From contig MU053934.1 in assembly GCA_013239625.1 (NCBI GenBank), positions 1,271,285-1,335,284 on the forward strand: a stretch of DNA of 64,000 bases. The letters run 5' to 3'. The notes under the pieces are model-generated. The model was given only the letters and a program-made list of their open reading frames with translations, was not told the DNA's origin and did no database searches. Source of the DNA: Lama guanicoe. Lineage: Eukaryota. Below are positions 25,390 through 38,160 of this stretch, piece by piece. Position numbers and translations under genes: made by a program. Numbering within the stretch: position 1 is the stretch's first letter; every line of letters begins with the position of its first letter.

Positions 25390-25843
25390 TGTCAAGTGAA
25401 AAACCAAACTGGACTTAGGATGGGAGAGACTTTATTTAAAAAAACTATTGCAGCGGGGAAGGCATTGCTCAGTGGTAGATTACGTGCCTAGCTTGCACGA
25501 GGTCCTGGGTTCAATCCCCAGTATCTCTGTTAAAAAATAAATAAATAAAAATAGATAAACCTAATTACCTTCCCCCCAAAAAACAAAACAAAACAAAAAG
25601 ACAATTGCGGTAGGAAGAATGCTTTGACTTGAGGGCCTTCAAGTATCTCAAAATCCAACAGAAAAGTCTGGCAAGCATAACAGGATTTCCCTTTGTGGTC
25701 AGCCTCTTGGGACAGTCATTCTGCACCTTGGGTTTTGCATAAACTCAGGGACCAGCCAAAGTTTAGGAGCTTGTAGGAAGGAAGTAGGCTTGACCAAAGT
25801 GTAGTCAAGCCAAACCCATGGGTCACTGTAAGCACTTGGTCAC
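25390..25843 (-). mobile_element. Probable ERV LTR inserted in a MIR and itself hit by a SINE
   Basis: Starts tgtcaagtgaaaa and ends ggtcaca; antisense poly(A)-like ctttattt; interrupts a MIR (ggttcaaatcccagctc at 25368 / gctatgtgatcttaggtaagtcac at 25856). Confidence 0.5.
25454..25596 (+). mobile_element. Camelid Vic-1-type SINE
   Basis: ggggaaggcattgctcagtggtag...gaggtcctgggttcaatccccagtatctc...aaacctaattacc; degenerate TSD aaaaactattgcag / aaagacaattgcgg. Confidence 0.9.
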
Positions 25844-26619
25844 AAGCACTTTTCAGCTATGTGATCTTAGGTAAGTCACTTCTCTGCTCTTAGATTTGGT
25901 TTCCTTTTTTTTTTTTTTCAAAATGTGGGCAATCTCTGATCCCTATCTCACAGCATAGTGAGGATTAGATGAAGCACTTTGCAGGGTGCCCAGTCATGTG
26001 GCAAAGTCCCTGTCTGCGTTAGCTGCTGCTAACACCTCCACCAAGAGGGCTGAAAGAGGCAGTGTGCACTGATGCTGGTAAAGTGCTTCTGAAGCCGCAA
26101 CCTGGAAGAGAGGTTGTTCGTTCCTACTCCTTCTGTCCTGGGGAACCCTTCACTTCTCCACAATGACAACATCTCCAGTGCAGGCTTGGTAAATGTGCTC
26201 TCAGCCGCAAAGAAAACGGATTAGACCATTCAAGAAAAAGGGAAATTCTCCTTTCTGTTACTTTTGTGTGTGTCTGGCTAGGGAAAATAAACACTTTTTA
26301 TCAGCCAGGACATACTTCTGATTTTAGACTGCAATGCCAGAATGGAGCAAAATGCTCAAAATTTGAAAATCTCCCAGACAGCTTTTGGTTCTTAGGAATA
26401 AGATCTGGAAGATAAGAATGGAGGAAGGGAAAGGAACCAAGTGGTCTGAAAAATGAGGAGTATGGCTAACTCACCTCTGTCCCCTTGCCCAGCAGAGGTC
26501 CAGCAGGTGGGAGGTGGTGATGAACTGCCTGTCCAGCTGGTCTGTGAGCACCTCTTACGTCAGGCACTTTACGTGAACCATCTGGTAGGATCTCATTCCA
26601 GGACCCCACTCAGTTCTGG

Positions 26620-27032
26620 AACCCTCTATGACCCAGCCCTGCCCAGTCTGACCTCTACTCCTTCCATTCTTCCTTCTGTCCCCTCAAGCCATGTCGGCCA
26701 CCTGGCCTTGCTGTTCCTGCATTGGGGCAGGGAGGCTCTGAAAACCAGCTCCCTTCCTGACTTGACTCATGTCTGTTCAAATATCACTTCCCCAGAAGGG
26801 CTTCTTGGCACCCCTATGTAAAACAGCACCCCTGCTGTCCCTGTAATCTCTTGCCACAATTCCTTTTTGCACATAGGACTTACTGCCACTTGAAATAATT
26901 TGTTAGATTTGATTTCAAGATTCTTGTCAAGGCCTGCTGAAAGTCAGCTCCGCATGGCAATGGCTTGGTCTTCACCACTGGCTTCCCATTGCCTAGAAAA
27001 GCCCCTGGCATAGAATAGGTGCTTTGTAAATT
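26620..27032 (+). mobile_element. L2 LINE 3' portion
   Basis: ctggccttgctgttcctgc...tgttcaaatatcacttcccagaaggg...gcctagaaaagcccctggcatagaataggtgct. Confidence 0.75.
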
Positions 27033-28409
27033 ATTACTTTATTATCTCACTTAATCCAGCCTGGGAAGTCAGTACTGTGGTCCCCATTTGGCCGATTAGA
27101 CAATGGAGGGTTAGAGAAATGAAGTCGCTGGCCCAGAGCTGCACAGCTAGAAGATGCAGCCTTGGCTTTGAATCCACATCCATCGTCTTCCTCTGCCACC
27201 CACTCCCTCCTTAGAAGTAATGCTGTTAAAGGTGACTCTGAGCCCCTAGAGGATAAGCCTCAGGCTAAACCCTGCAGTGTTGATGGGGCCATGGACTCCA
27301 GCCCATCAGGGCACTGGCCACTTACATAACCCCAGCCACACCTCCAGGATCTGATATCAGAAGACATCTTTGCCAAGTTCAAGCACACTGAGATCATCTG
27401 TCATTCTTTCTAAATTATTTATATTAAGAAGTTGATAATGAGAACGCTGAAGGCACCCACCTTAGAAGCATCTGAAAGTGATCGTGAGTGGGACAGTGAC
27501 CCACCTGTTACTGAGTCTTTGCCAACCATCAACTCAAATAGCCAAAATACTCTTCAGTGGACAGTCTCCACCAGAAGCCCAGGTGTAGGTCAGAGGAGGA
27601 AGAGTCTTTGGCTCTGCCAGGTCACGGCTAGACCCCTCAAGCCCCAGGGAGGCAGTATGGAACCCGGCAAAGAACTCAGCTTTTTGAGCTAAATGAACAT
27701 TATAGCCTCCCCCACCACTTACCACCTGCAAACTTAAGAAGAGGGGTAGGATTAACCTCTCTGAGACTCATTTTCAACATCTACAAAATAGCGGACATAA
27801 CGATGGAGCTAATATCCAAGGGTTACTATGGAGAATGAACAATATTACACGTACAAAGGGCTTGTCACATTTCCTGGAACATAGCAAGTGTTTAATAAAT
27901 AGTAGTTGACACATTTCTCTTCAGCACAACTGTTTCCATGAAACAAGCTGCCCCAGAAGTGGGACTTTTATTAACTTTTTAATAAAGAAGATAACAATTA
28001 CCTCAAGACCAAAGTATACTTGGTCATTGAAAAACCATTCACTGATCACCTGCCTTGTGCTCAGCTGTAAGAGACAGAGATGAATAAGACATGAACCTCC
28101 AAGAATAAAACCCAGGAGAAAATGTCTATGCAGGTAATATTGCGTTTTGCCTCCTGAATTAAGTTTGTTTCCACATGTTTATTTAGCATCATTTCTTCTA
28201 TGTGCTTAGTAATTGGTTCATGGATTGTTAAGACTGTGGATAATTATGAGGATTAAAGTACTTTTGGGTTTTGAACTTTAGCACATTCTTAACTGTTTTA
28301 TTCATTCAATACATACTGCCTGGGCATTCCCCATGTTCCAGGCACCATTTGAGGTGCCAGGGATACCACAGTGAACAGAGTAAATTTCCTGCCTATGGAG
28401 CTCATACCT

Positions 28410-28915
28410 AGAGGTTTTAAGACATGTCTACAAATTCTTTGGTCCTTTCCCATCAAGAGGTGGGGTCTATAGCCCGTACCTTGAACCTGGTCCAAATTTA
28501 ATTATCGGTTGGTTAACAAAGAATAGAGGAAATGATACAATGTGACTTCCAGGCTAGGTCATAAGTCAATGTAGCTTCTCCCTGGTTCACTGCAACACTG
28601 CTAGAGCCACCATGCAAGAAGCCTGACCACTCTAAGGTCACTATGCTATAACGAAGCTCAAATTAGCCCACATGGAGAAGCTCTGAGTCTGCAAAGAAAG
28701 ACAGAGATGCCAAACCAGGTCCCAGGTGCTCCAGTCCCCTGCGTCTCCAGCCACCCTCTCACTGCAACCACATGAGAAGCTCCAAGCCAGAACCACCCAG
28801 CTGAGTCTTTCCTAAATTCCTGACCCACAGAAACCATGAGAAATAATAAGATGAATGATATTGTTTTAAGACACTAAGTTTTGGAGTGTTTTGTGACATA
28901 TCAATAGAGAAAACA
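28410..28915 (+). mobile_element. MaLR solo LTR (MLT1H-like)
   Basis: cccatcaagaggtggggtctat...gtgacttccaggctaggtcataag...aattcctgacccacagaaaccatgagaaataata...taagttttggagtg. Confidence 0.85.
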
Positions 28916-29159
28916 ATAAATACATTTATCAGGTAGTGATAAATACTATTGAAGAAAGGAAAGCAGGACAAGAGAATAGGTTGACGGGGTGTCATCAGGG
29001 GAGGCCTCCTTAGGTGGTGACAATTGCACAAAGACCTGAGGGAAGAATCCTTCTGACTATTTACAGGAAAAGCATTCCAAGAGAAGGGAGCATCAAGTAC
29101 AATGGCCCTGTGACAGAAGTGCGCTTAACATGTTCAAGGTCAAACAAGAAGGAAAGTGT

Positions 29160-29277
29160 AGGGAGAGGGTATAGCTCTGTAATAGACTTCACGTTTAGCA
29201 TCCATGAGGTCCTGGGTTCAATCCCCAGTACCTCCATTTAAAAATAAATAAACCTATTTACCTACCCCCACCCAAAA
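29160..29277 (+). mobile_element. Camelid Vic-1-type SINE with perfect 14-bp TSD
   Basis: gggagagggtatagctc...gaggtcctgggttcaatccccagtacctcc; TSD aagaaggaaagtgt at 29146-29159 and 29278-29291. Confidence 0.95.
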
Positions 29278-29321
29278 AAGAAGGAAAGTGTGGTTGGGAC
29301 ACATGAGAGAAGGAAGGAGGT

Positions 29322-29631
29322 TGTAAGATGGGGCCCTGATCCAACAGGATTAGTGTCCTTATAAGAAGAGATACCAGAGAGCTCTCTCTCCATCTATCAA
29401 TCTCTACCTCCTTCTCCCTCCCCTTCTCTGCCTGGGTACTCAGAGGAAAATCCATGTGAACCCAAAGTGGCTGTCTCCAAGCTAGGAAGAGACATCTCTC
29501 CAGGAACAGAATCAGCTAGCTCCTTGATCTTAGACTTTCAACCTCCAAGAACTGTGACAAAATAAACTTCTGTTGCTTAAGTTCCCCCATCTATGGCATT
29601 TTGTTATGGCAGCCCCAAGCCAACTAAGACA
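29322..29631 (+). mobile_element. MaLR LTR (MLT1A/B-like), 5' truncated
   Basis: ggattagtgtccttataagaagaga...cttgatcttagactttcaacctccaagaactgtga...gcagccccaagccaactaagaca. Confidence 0.88.
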
Positions 29632-31849
29632 CAATTCCATGCTATGCTTCCTCTCCCACTTCCCAGATTTTCCCAGCAGAGCTTCCTGACTTCCACTCTC
29701 CCAGGGCTCTTCTCCTCTGGACACGCACATGTTCACTCCAGTCCCAGCAAATGCAAAGTAGACAGCTTTGGAATTCAAAACAGCCTGCAGGCTGCAGCCT
29801 CTTACTTTAATGATCCTAATTTATCTCCAGCATTATCAATAATAAATCAAACTAAGTGGAACTAAAACAACTTTCCCTGCGGCTGTGTCATGTTCTGCTT
29901 GAAAAGACGACCCCCTTCAAAGGGCTGTGCTGCTCACCAGCCACCTCAGTCTGCCATCGGAGTGTGGGTTTCTCGGGAAGGTGCTTGGAGGGTCTCCTCC
30001 ATGGAGATGTTTTCCACTTGTGCCTAGAGTACACTGCAGACCTGGTGTGCGCCAGCCACAGCCCCAGGGGTGTCACATATGTTACCTCATTCAATGTAAG
30101 CTCCATTTTGCTGATAAGGAAACTGAGGCACGGGGGGGGGGGTTCAGTGACCTGCTCACAGTCACAGAGCTGGGACACAAACCCAGACCTCCCCAGTCCT
30201 AGTCCCACATCCTCTCCATGAAGAAGTTGCGCTGGTCTGCAGATGGCAGCCTGGTGTTCTGGCGAAGGCTTGGGTTTTGGAGTTAGAAGTCTCAGCCCCT
30301 CCTCTACATTTAATGATGAGCAGGTACTCAGGGAAGTTACTGAATCATACAGAACTGTCTTTCCCATCCACAGAAAGCGCAGCTTAAAACACATATGGGG
30401 TTACCAGCTATCCAAGAGGTCCTCTTGGTAGATGTACTCCAGAGAGGTACCCCAGAGAGGACCATGCACAAAGGACACATGAACACCACCCCCTGGAGGC
30501 AAATAATGGGATGAATACATCCCTCACCAGGTAGTAGGGAAATTTTGAAATAATGTGCAAAGCACATAGCAAAGTGTCTATCACATAGTCAATAATCACA
30601 AGGATTATTATTTACTGATTAGGATAGACACATTTGCCATCACCAACACCTGAGTGGCTTCTACATGGGCCCCTGTTACCCCATTTCATGACCTTGAAAA
30701 TCCAGGTTTTGCACAGACACTTCTGGGCACCACTATCAAGGTTCCATGCCAGGGCCATGACTGCCAGGAAGTCTAGGATGATAAGACTCCGGGTCCAACT
30801 TTAGGAAGGCATGGACTCCCATGATGGGAAATTCAAGTGTAAGAAAAGTGTGCAAAGACACCGGCCACTAAAACTGCCCTTAAAATCCACTGCCGGAGTT
30901 TTGAAACCCAAGCAGACCTGGGTTACAATACCAGCAATTGTAAGCCAAATAACTACTGCAAATAACTTTCTCTGATTCTCAGTTCCTTCATCTCAGACAG
31001 AGGAGTATTAACATGTCCTTTTGGAGATTTTTAAAAAATATTTAGTATAATGAATCTTAGATCCCAAAATATAAAGGGTCCTTCTTCCATATACGCAACA
31101 AATCTAATCAAGCAATTGGACAAGAAAACCTTCTGACACTGGACCACCACAAATGGCCAAAATATTGGCACTCTCCATCATGGGATATTGTCCCCTTACG
31201 AACACTCCAGATACCCTCCTCACAGAGAGAAGGGCAACTTTAAGGCCACCTGCAGATTTCCAGCTGAAGGATGCTGTGGCAGATCCTTGGCAAAGAGAAC
31301 CCAACCACAGCAGGGATGGATGAGAACAGCCAAGTGGAAGGTGGGGGCTGAGCAGGTCGGAGGCTCTTCCATCAGCTGACATCTGTGCCCCTAGACCACC
31401 TGAAGCAGAGAGAATTCCAGATCATATCCCAGCAAAGAGACAAATTACTATCATAACCTTAATTAAGGGCCAGAGGTCACACAGTCCAGGCTCGGAGTGT
31501 CTTGTATTGACTCCTACAGTTAAAAGTATTTCCAATCTGTATCTGAATCTGCTAAAGAACATTATAGAGGATCTAATGCCTAACACACTGTCACACTCTT
31601 TAAAATTATTCTCCCTACTCCTCCTACTCTCCAATTCTCTTCTGTTCAGCAGTTGCCCCAAAGCCAGTCTCTCATCCTTCATTGTCAGCTCTGTCCTGGA
31701 ATCACAAACGAGGCCTCTCCCTTTCCCACCACTTCTCCCACAGATGTTCGTTTCCTTCTCCCAGAAGTTACTCTCAAACCTCTTCAAACTAAGTCTCCCC
31801 ATCCCAGCTCCCCCGCTGTCTCCAGGTCACTGACTAGATCAGCCTGAAC

Positions 31850-31852
<3 letters not shown>

Positions 31853-31889
<37 letters not shown>
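31853..31889. repeat. (GT)15 microsatellite followed by gcgcgcg
   Basis: Direct reading. Confidence 0.97.
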
Positions 31890-32094
31890 GCTGACGCAGG
31901 GTTGAGAAATAACCCATCAGGCAATCCTAGATGTTTCCTTAGTGTACAAGGAAGGAGGGCATAACAATGCATCCACTACCAATTGTTTCCCAGTATCACG
32001 TTTTCATGATGATATTGAAACCTGTGAGAGAGGTTTGTCAGTGACAAGCGTCTTGCTACCACCTTGAGTTGAAGTCTGTATCTCAGAAGTCTTC

Positions 32095-32580
32095 ATGGTA
32101 GATTGAGAAAATGGTCACAATGCTTTACAGGCTTCTCCCATGGAAAAGAGGAGTCTGTTTCCCATCTCTTGATCTGGAATGGCCCCGTGGCTTGGTTCAG
32201 CTGACAGAAGATGGCAGAGGTGACCTTGTGTTGAGTCCCAAGCCTGGGTCTATGTCGACCTCTCAGCTTCTGCTTTTGTGGCTTTGGCGACCTGGAGATG
32301 CATGTGAGCAAGTCCAGGTGAGCCTGCCGGGGAAGGAGAGGATGGCCCAGTCACCCCCACTGCCCAGCTGACAACCAACCAACCCCCGGAAATGGAGTCA
32401 CTCAGTCAACTGACAGCTGGCCACAGGCACACGAGTGAGACCAGCCAGGACCCACAGAAATTAAACATCCCCTGGAGTCCGGCTCAGAATGTCGACCTGC
32501 AGAATTGTAAGCTCATAAATAACTGTTGTTTTAAGTCACTAAGTTTTGGGGATAACCTGATACACAGCAAAAACTAAATG
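32095..32580 (+). mobile_element. MaLR solo LTR (MLT1G/H-like)
   Basis: ggagtctgtttcccatctcttgatctgg...ataaataactgttgttttaagtcactaagttttggggataa. Confidence 0.8.
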
Positions 32581-33229
32581 GTAAGACATGAAACCCCAAG
32601 TCATCAGGGTTCTAGGTTGTAAAGGAGGTAACTGAACCAGGGCCTGCTTCTCTTGGAAAAGGCTCCGTACCATCTGTGGGCGTGGGGTGGTCACCGACCT
32701 CTCAGGGGACCTTTTGTCTATCTGGCCTGTCTGAACCTTCAGAAGGGGCAGGAACGTCCTGTGTTTGTTGCTTCTACAATTCTGTGCAACCCAGTACAAC
32801 CCTGGGTCTGTTTTGTTTCCATCCCTCCCTCTTGCTGTTTCCCATCACCACACATACATCTCAAAAAGGAAAAATGGTTCATTTCTGCAAGTCAGCTAAG
32901 TGCTAGGGTTGCCAATTGGTACAGTGGTTTTGCAGCAAAGGCAGCGCTGAGACTGCTGACTGCCGGGGGTACGGTACAGCGGGATGCGTTTCAGACAAGG
33001 AAGTAGCCTGGTACCCACTGTGGGGAGCAGCCCTGTCCTCACAAAGATTAGGGTTTGGGAGTCAAGGAGATTTTATAGTGGCGTGGTGGGGGCTGCAGTG
33101 AAGGTCCCAGCCTCAGGCACTGCATCCTCCTCCCCCCAAAACCCGCCAAGCTGATGTCTGAAATCTACCGCTCAGTCCCTTCATTCTGCGTAATAGAAAA
33201 TGCTCTGACGTTAAAATGTATGCAGTCTG

Positions 33230-33960
33230 TATAACAAAGCCAGTATAAACAAAGTTAAAAGGCGACAGAGTGGGAGATGTTTGCAAAGCACATGACTGAC
33301 ACAGGGTTAGTGTCCAGAATATATAAAGAATTTCTACCAGTCAATAACAAAAAGACAAACAACCCAGAACAATGGATGAAGGCCCTCGAAAGACAATTCA
33401 CAGATGAGTTCACCAGAATGGCCAGTAAATGTAGGATGAGGAGCTCAGCCTCGCTATGAGCCAGGGAGAGGTACACAACAAGTAATTGCAAGGTGTCAAC
33501 TCATCTCCTACCAGGCAGACAAAAATCACTGCAGGGGGGAGCATAAATTGGTACAGCCGCTTTGGTGAGAAACGTGGTAACACCAAGTCAAGAGGCACAT
33601 GCCCTCAGACCAGTCATTCCGTGTCCCAAATCTAAAACACCAGATCTCTCACACATGTGCACAGAAGACACACCCAAGGGGGTTCACTGTGGTGTTGTCT
33701 GTAATAGCAAAAAATTGGAAACCATCTAGATATCCATTGAAAGGGGGAAAAAAATAAATTATGGTATAATCATACAATGGAATGCTACACCAATCTTAAA
33801 AGGAGTGAATTAAATTTGCATGCATCCACATAACCATAAACAGTATCTAGAACATTTTATTTCTTTGGAAAAGAAAGAACTGAGGGAAATAAGCAAAATG
33901 CCAACACTCATTAAACTGGGTGATGGACACACAGCCGTTTGTCATTTTGCTCTCAATACT
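33230..33960 (+). mobile_element. Ancient LINE-1 (L1M-type) ORF2 3' region, degraded
   Basis: Peptide remnant WEMFAKHMTDTGLVSRIYKEFLPVNNKKTNNP; downstream gtaatagcaaaaaattggaaaccatctagatatcc...catacaatggaatgctac. Confidence 0.85.
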
Positions 33961-33964
33961 TTGC

Positions 33965-34335
33965 ATTCATGTATTCATTCATTCACTCCACAAGTATTTA
34001 CTGAGCATCTGCTGTATCCCAGGCACTGCTCTAGGCACTGGGTACACAGCTGTGAATGAGACCAAAGGCTTGGTCTTCTGGGACTGACGCTAGTGAAATG
34101 GACAGACCACAAATACGAGTAAGATCTATTTAGTTGTTTGATGACAATAAGATTGCAGAAAAAAATAGTAAAGCAAGGAAGGGCAATACAAAGTAGAGGT
34201 GTCAGGAAAAGGGGGCGGAGGTTGTAAAGCAGGAAGTTTGGAAAGACTTGGATGAAAAGAAGACCTAAAAATCAAAACTGGCAGGGAGAAAAGAGTGAGT
34301 GATGGACGAGGGGGAGAGGGGAGCAGGTGCAAAGG
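33965..34335 (-). mobile_element. L2 LINE 3' end
   Basis: cattcattcactccacaagtatttactgagcatctgctgtatcccaggcactgctctaggcactggg. Confidence 0.85.
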
Positions 34336-34616
34336 CTCAAGGTGGGAGAGTGCCTGGTGGGGGTCCCAGAATGGAGGGAGCTGGCAGGAGACTAAGTCCC
34401 AAAGGGGATGGGACCAGGTGGGGGCATCATGTATCTTAAATATTTTGTAACTTTTTTTACAGAGAAGGAACAAAGGGATGGAAAGAGGGGATTTCCAAAC
34501 GATGTCTGATTGAGTTCCAACAAAACCATGATTGGGAAATACAAACTTAAAAGCTTGGGAACTCTTCAAAGCTTTGACTGTGCCACTGAGTACACTGAAG
34601 ATTCAAGAAGGGGACA

Positions 34617-34795
34617 GAGCAGAAGTTCCCACTTTGCTACACACTGGAATCACCTGGGAGCTTTAAAACATCTGTATGTCCAGGTGCACCCAGACCACCT
34701 AAATCACAACATCTGGAGCTGGGGTCAAGCACAAATGTACATGAACGATCCCTTGGTGATCCCAGTGTACCACGAAGTTGGAGAACCACAGGGAT
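34617..34795. mobile_element. MER5A-like hAT-Charlie MITE
   Basis: ctggaatcacctgggagctttaaaa...cacccagaccacctaaatcac...ttggagaaccacag. Confidence 0.75.
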
Positions 34796-35689
34796 AGAGT
34801 ATGCAAGGTGTCCTTAACCTAGTTGATGATGGAGCCTTCTTGATTTTGTTTTATAGGTTAAATCATGGGACTAGGTTTCCCACAGAATATCGGTTTGTGA
34901 AATGTGACTCAGTTGTCTTGTTTAAAAAAAAAACAAACCCTGTTTTTTTAAAAAAAAAAAGCAGTATATTCCCACTCGTTAAATAAAATATGGATGAAGT
35001 GCTTAAAACAGTGCCTGGCACATCGTAGGAGCTCAACAGATAAAGATGACTATTATTGTTGCTCCTGTTATTTATACCTTAGCATGAAGTTTATCAGCTC
35101 TGTTCCTGAGAATAGGTCTTAATTAGGACATCAAAATATTTATTAAGAACGTTTAGTATGGTCTTAGAATATGCCAGGAACTTTATATGTTTGTAGGTCA
35201 AAATGCCCTGATTTTAAAAGATGAGGAAACAAAGGCTCAGAAAGGTAAAGCAACCAGCCCAAGGTCACACAGCTAGTCGTGGCAGAACCAAGGAATGTGC
35301 ATGGCTTTCAGCCACCACTAAAATCCATCCTGACTTTATAAGATCTTTGTTTTTCTCTGATATGTAAAGGTCATTTTGAATGTTATCCTTATGTAAAGGA
35401 ACACAAAAATGAGAGAACTAGATTCTTCTCTGGGCTCTTTTGGCAGAACCAATCTCTCTCCTCTCCGAGCTTTCACAAGCCTTTGTACATCCCTCCATCA
35501 GAGCTCTTATCACATCCCCTTCCAGCTGAGCTAAGATTCAGGTTAAAGTCAGGGAATGAGCCTCCTCTGGGCATCTCCAAGGCTATAGCACTAACTGTGT
35601 TATATACACGGACTACGATGCATAGGCTATGAATTTGCTGGGAATGCTACCACCCTAGTAAAAGGAATGAGGTGACATAAAGGCAGTGT

Positions 35690-35940
35690 ACCTCAGTGAC
35701 TAAGAGAGGATGTCTGGAGACAGACTGCCAGGGTTCCAACCCAGAGTCTGGCCCTTGGTTGCTGTGCAACCTTGGATAACTTTCTGGACCTCTCTGTGCC
35801 TCCATTTTCTTACCTGTAGATCAGAGGTAATAATGGCATCTTCTGCACAGGGTAGAGAGGGTGAAATGAATTAGCACATGCAAAGTGCCTAGAATGATGC
35901 CCAGCATACAGTAGGCACTAAATAAATCCCACCTATTAGT
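35690..35940 (+). mobile_element. MIR SINE, near full length
   Basis: tctggagacagactgccagggttcc...ctgtgcaaccttgg...ctctctgtgcctcc...gcacatgcaaagtgcctagaa. Confidence 0.85.
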
Positions 35941-35969
35941 GTCATGTTATAATTAAAAACTAACTAGCC

Positions 35970-36168
35970 TAAATCCATAGAGACAGAATACAGATTCGTG
36001 GTTGCCAGGAGATGGTGGGAGTGGTTGATGAAAATGTTTTGGAACTAGACAGAGATGGTAATCACACAACATTGTGAATGCATTAAATGTCACTGAAATG
36101 TTCACTATAAAATGGCTAAGTTTATGTTATGTGAATTTCTTCTCAGTAAGAATAAAAAAAAAAAAAAA
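35970..36168 (+). mobile_element. Old LINE-1 3' end (L1MB-like) with A tail
   Basis: aaatccatagagacagaa...gtggttgccagg...gatgaaaatgttttggaactag...acaacattgtgaatg...ttatgttatgtgaattt plus poly(A). Confidence 0.85.
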
Positions 36169-37325
36169 CCTGGTCAACCTGTATTCCCATCCCACTTCAC
36201 CATGTGTTAGCCAAATCTCTATTTCCTCACCTGTCAAAAGCAATGATAGTAATACTTTGACCACAGGTCACATGTGAGAGTTAAATTAGGTGATGGTATA
36301 AATTATACCATGCATATAAGGCACTTGGCACATAATAAAGGCTGAAGAGATAACACCAATCATTCAGTAGTGAGCACTTTAGAAGTGACCATCTCTGCCT
36401 TTGCATGGGGTAGGTTGATGCATTCCAGTCCTTATTATAGGACTGTCAAGCACATGTAGATCCTGTAAAAATTAAGAATGGAACACTCTCCAAGATTAAC
36501 CTCCTGAGATTCATCTGGGAAATCCATGCTCTGTAAGCCAAAAATTCTCACCCTTAGCTCTTTGAGAATGAATAGTAAGTTACTTAACAAATATTTGAAT
36601 TAAACCTGTTAATTACAATCAAACATATTCGTAAATAAAGGATTTTTGTCCACTTTTATTCAATATCAGGAAACAGTTCCTACTAAAAGTCGCGAATCCA
36701 ACAGTGCCTTTGATGGGAGTGATTGGCAGAAAGGAATTTCTCACACACCATCTCGGTGCAGCACTCAATTCTGTTTGAAAAGGAGTCACCCAGGAATTTT
36801 TATAACACCTATTTTGGCCTAGGGGAGGAGAACGGCTTTAATTAAAGGGACAAGTATCTACACTGACCTTCTATAATCTAGTCAAATTGCAACAGAAGGA
36901 GGGGAAGAAAAAAATGCAGAGAGATTTGTAAGACATAAATCAAATCAACCAAAAAAACACAGAAATATAAATGGAAGACCAGGTGTGCTGTTTCCAAATT
37001 ATTCTGAGTTGAGCCGAAATCCCTAATGTCTCATCTGGTGCCAACTATCCAAACAGATGTCTTGGCCTTCAGGAAAATTACTAAAAATGGAAGTGCAAAT
37101 CCCTCACTGGGCTGCTGCCTTGCCCAAACCTGTCACTGTGTTGATGCTGGTGGCATTCAAATTCCCAGCAACCAAAGCACCATGGTAAAGGAGGACACCA
37201 GGACATGTCACGAAACTTTTCTTGTTCACCTACTACATGGCAGGAAGCATGCTAGAAAGGCTGGCATTTATTAGTTGGCTTAATCCTTACAATAACTCTG
37301 TGAGGAGGACTTATTAACGTGCTGT

Positions 37326-38104
37326 TTTTAAAATTTTTTAATTTATTTCTATTGCAGTAACATTAGTTTATAACACTGTGTAAGTTTCACGTGTACAGTA
37401 TCGTCTTTTGATTTCTGTATACCCTCTACCGCGCTCACCACCAAATATTTAGTTTCCATCAGTGACAACACAGCTGACCCCCTTTTACCGATTGCATCCT
37501 CCACATCTCCCCATCCCCCTGGTAAGCACTACCCCGTTCTCTGTATCTATGTGTTTGTTTTTGTTTGGTTGGGTTTGTTCATTTATTTTCATTTTTCGTC
37601 TGTTTGCTTGCTTGTTTTTTATATCGCACGTATGAGTAGAATCACACGGTATTTGTGGTTCTCCATCTGACTTATTTCACTCAGCACTATGCTCTCAAGG
37701 TCCATCCATGTTGTCGTCGCAAATGGCAAGATTTCATCTTTATTTACACTGAGTATCATCCTATATGTATAACATCTTTATCCATTCATCCATTGACGGG
37801 CACCTAGGTCGCTTCCGTATCTTGGCTATTGTAAATAGTGCTACAATAAACAAATTTATGTATCTTTTCAAATTAGTGTTTTCATATTCTTTGGATAAAT
37901 ACTCAGAAGTGGGATTGCTGGATTATATGGTGGTTCCATTCTCAATTTTTGAGGAACCTCCATTCTGTCTTCCATAGTGACTGCACCAGTTTACATTCCC
38001 ACCAACAAGCATGAGGTTTCTCTTTTCTCCACATCCTCACCAAGACTTGTTGTTTCTTGCCTTTTTGATAATAACCATTCTGACAGGCATGGGGTGATAT
38101 CTCA
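37326..38104 (-). mobile_element. LINE-1 ORF2 end plus 3' UTR, intermediate age, inserted in a MIR
   Basis: Antisense peptide remnant CWWECKLVQSLWKTEWRFLKN; tttatccattcatccattgacgggcac; T-rich tail at left end. Confidence 0.92.
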
Positions 38105-38160
38105 AGTTTTTTTTTGTTTTTTGTTTTTAGCATACAAGAAAGCAAGCTGAAAGCTCACAG

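Larger units (their letters stand above)
28278..29320 (-). mobile_element. L2 LINE fragment hosting an MLT1 LTR and a Vic-1 SINE
   Basis: Antisense L2 end ttattcattcaatacatactg...ccaggcacc from ~28297; L2-like sequence resumes ~28915 (gtcatcaggggaggcctccttaggtggtgaca...aaagacctga). Left boundary approximate. Confidence 0.7.

Noticed and set aside
29160..29235. tRNA-like sequences (also 22500, 25455, 56035) as tRNA genes
   Set aside because: They have degenerate stems, SINE tails and, in most copies, TSDs; these are SINE heads.
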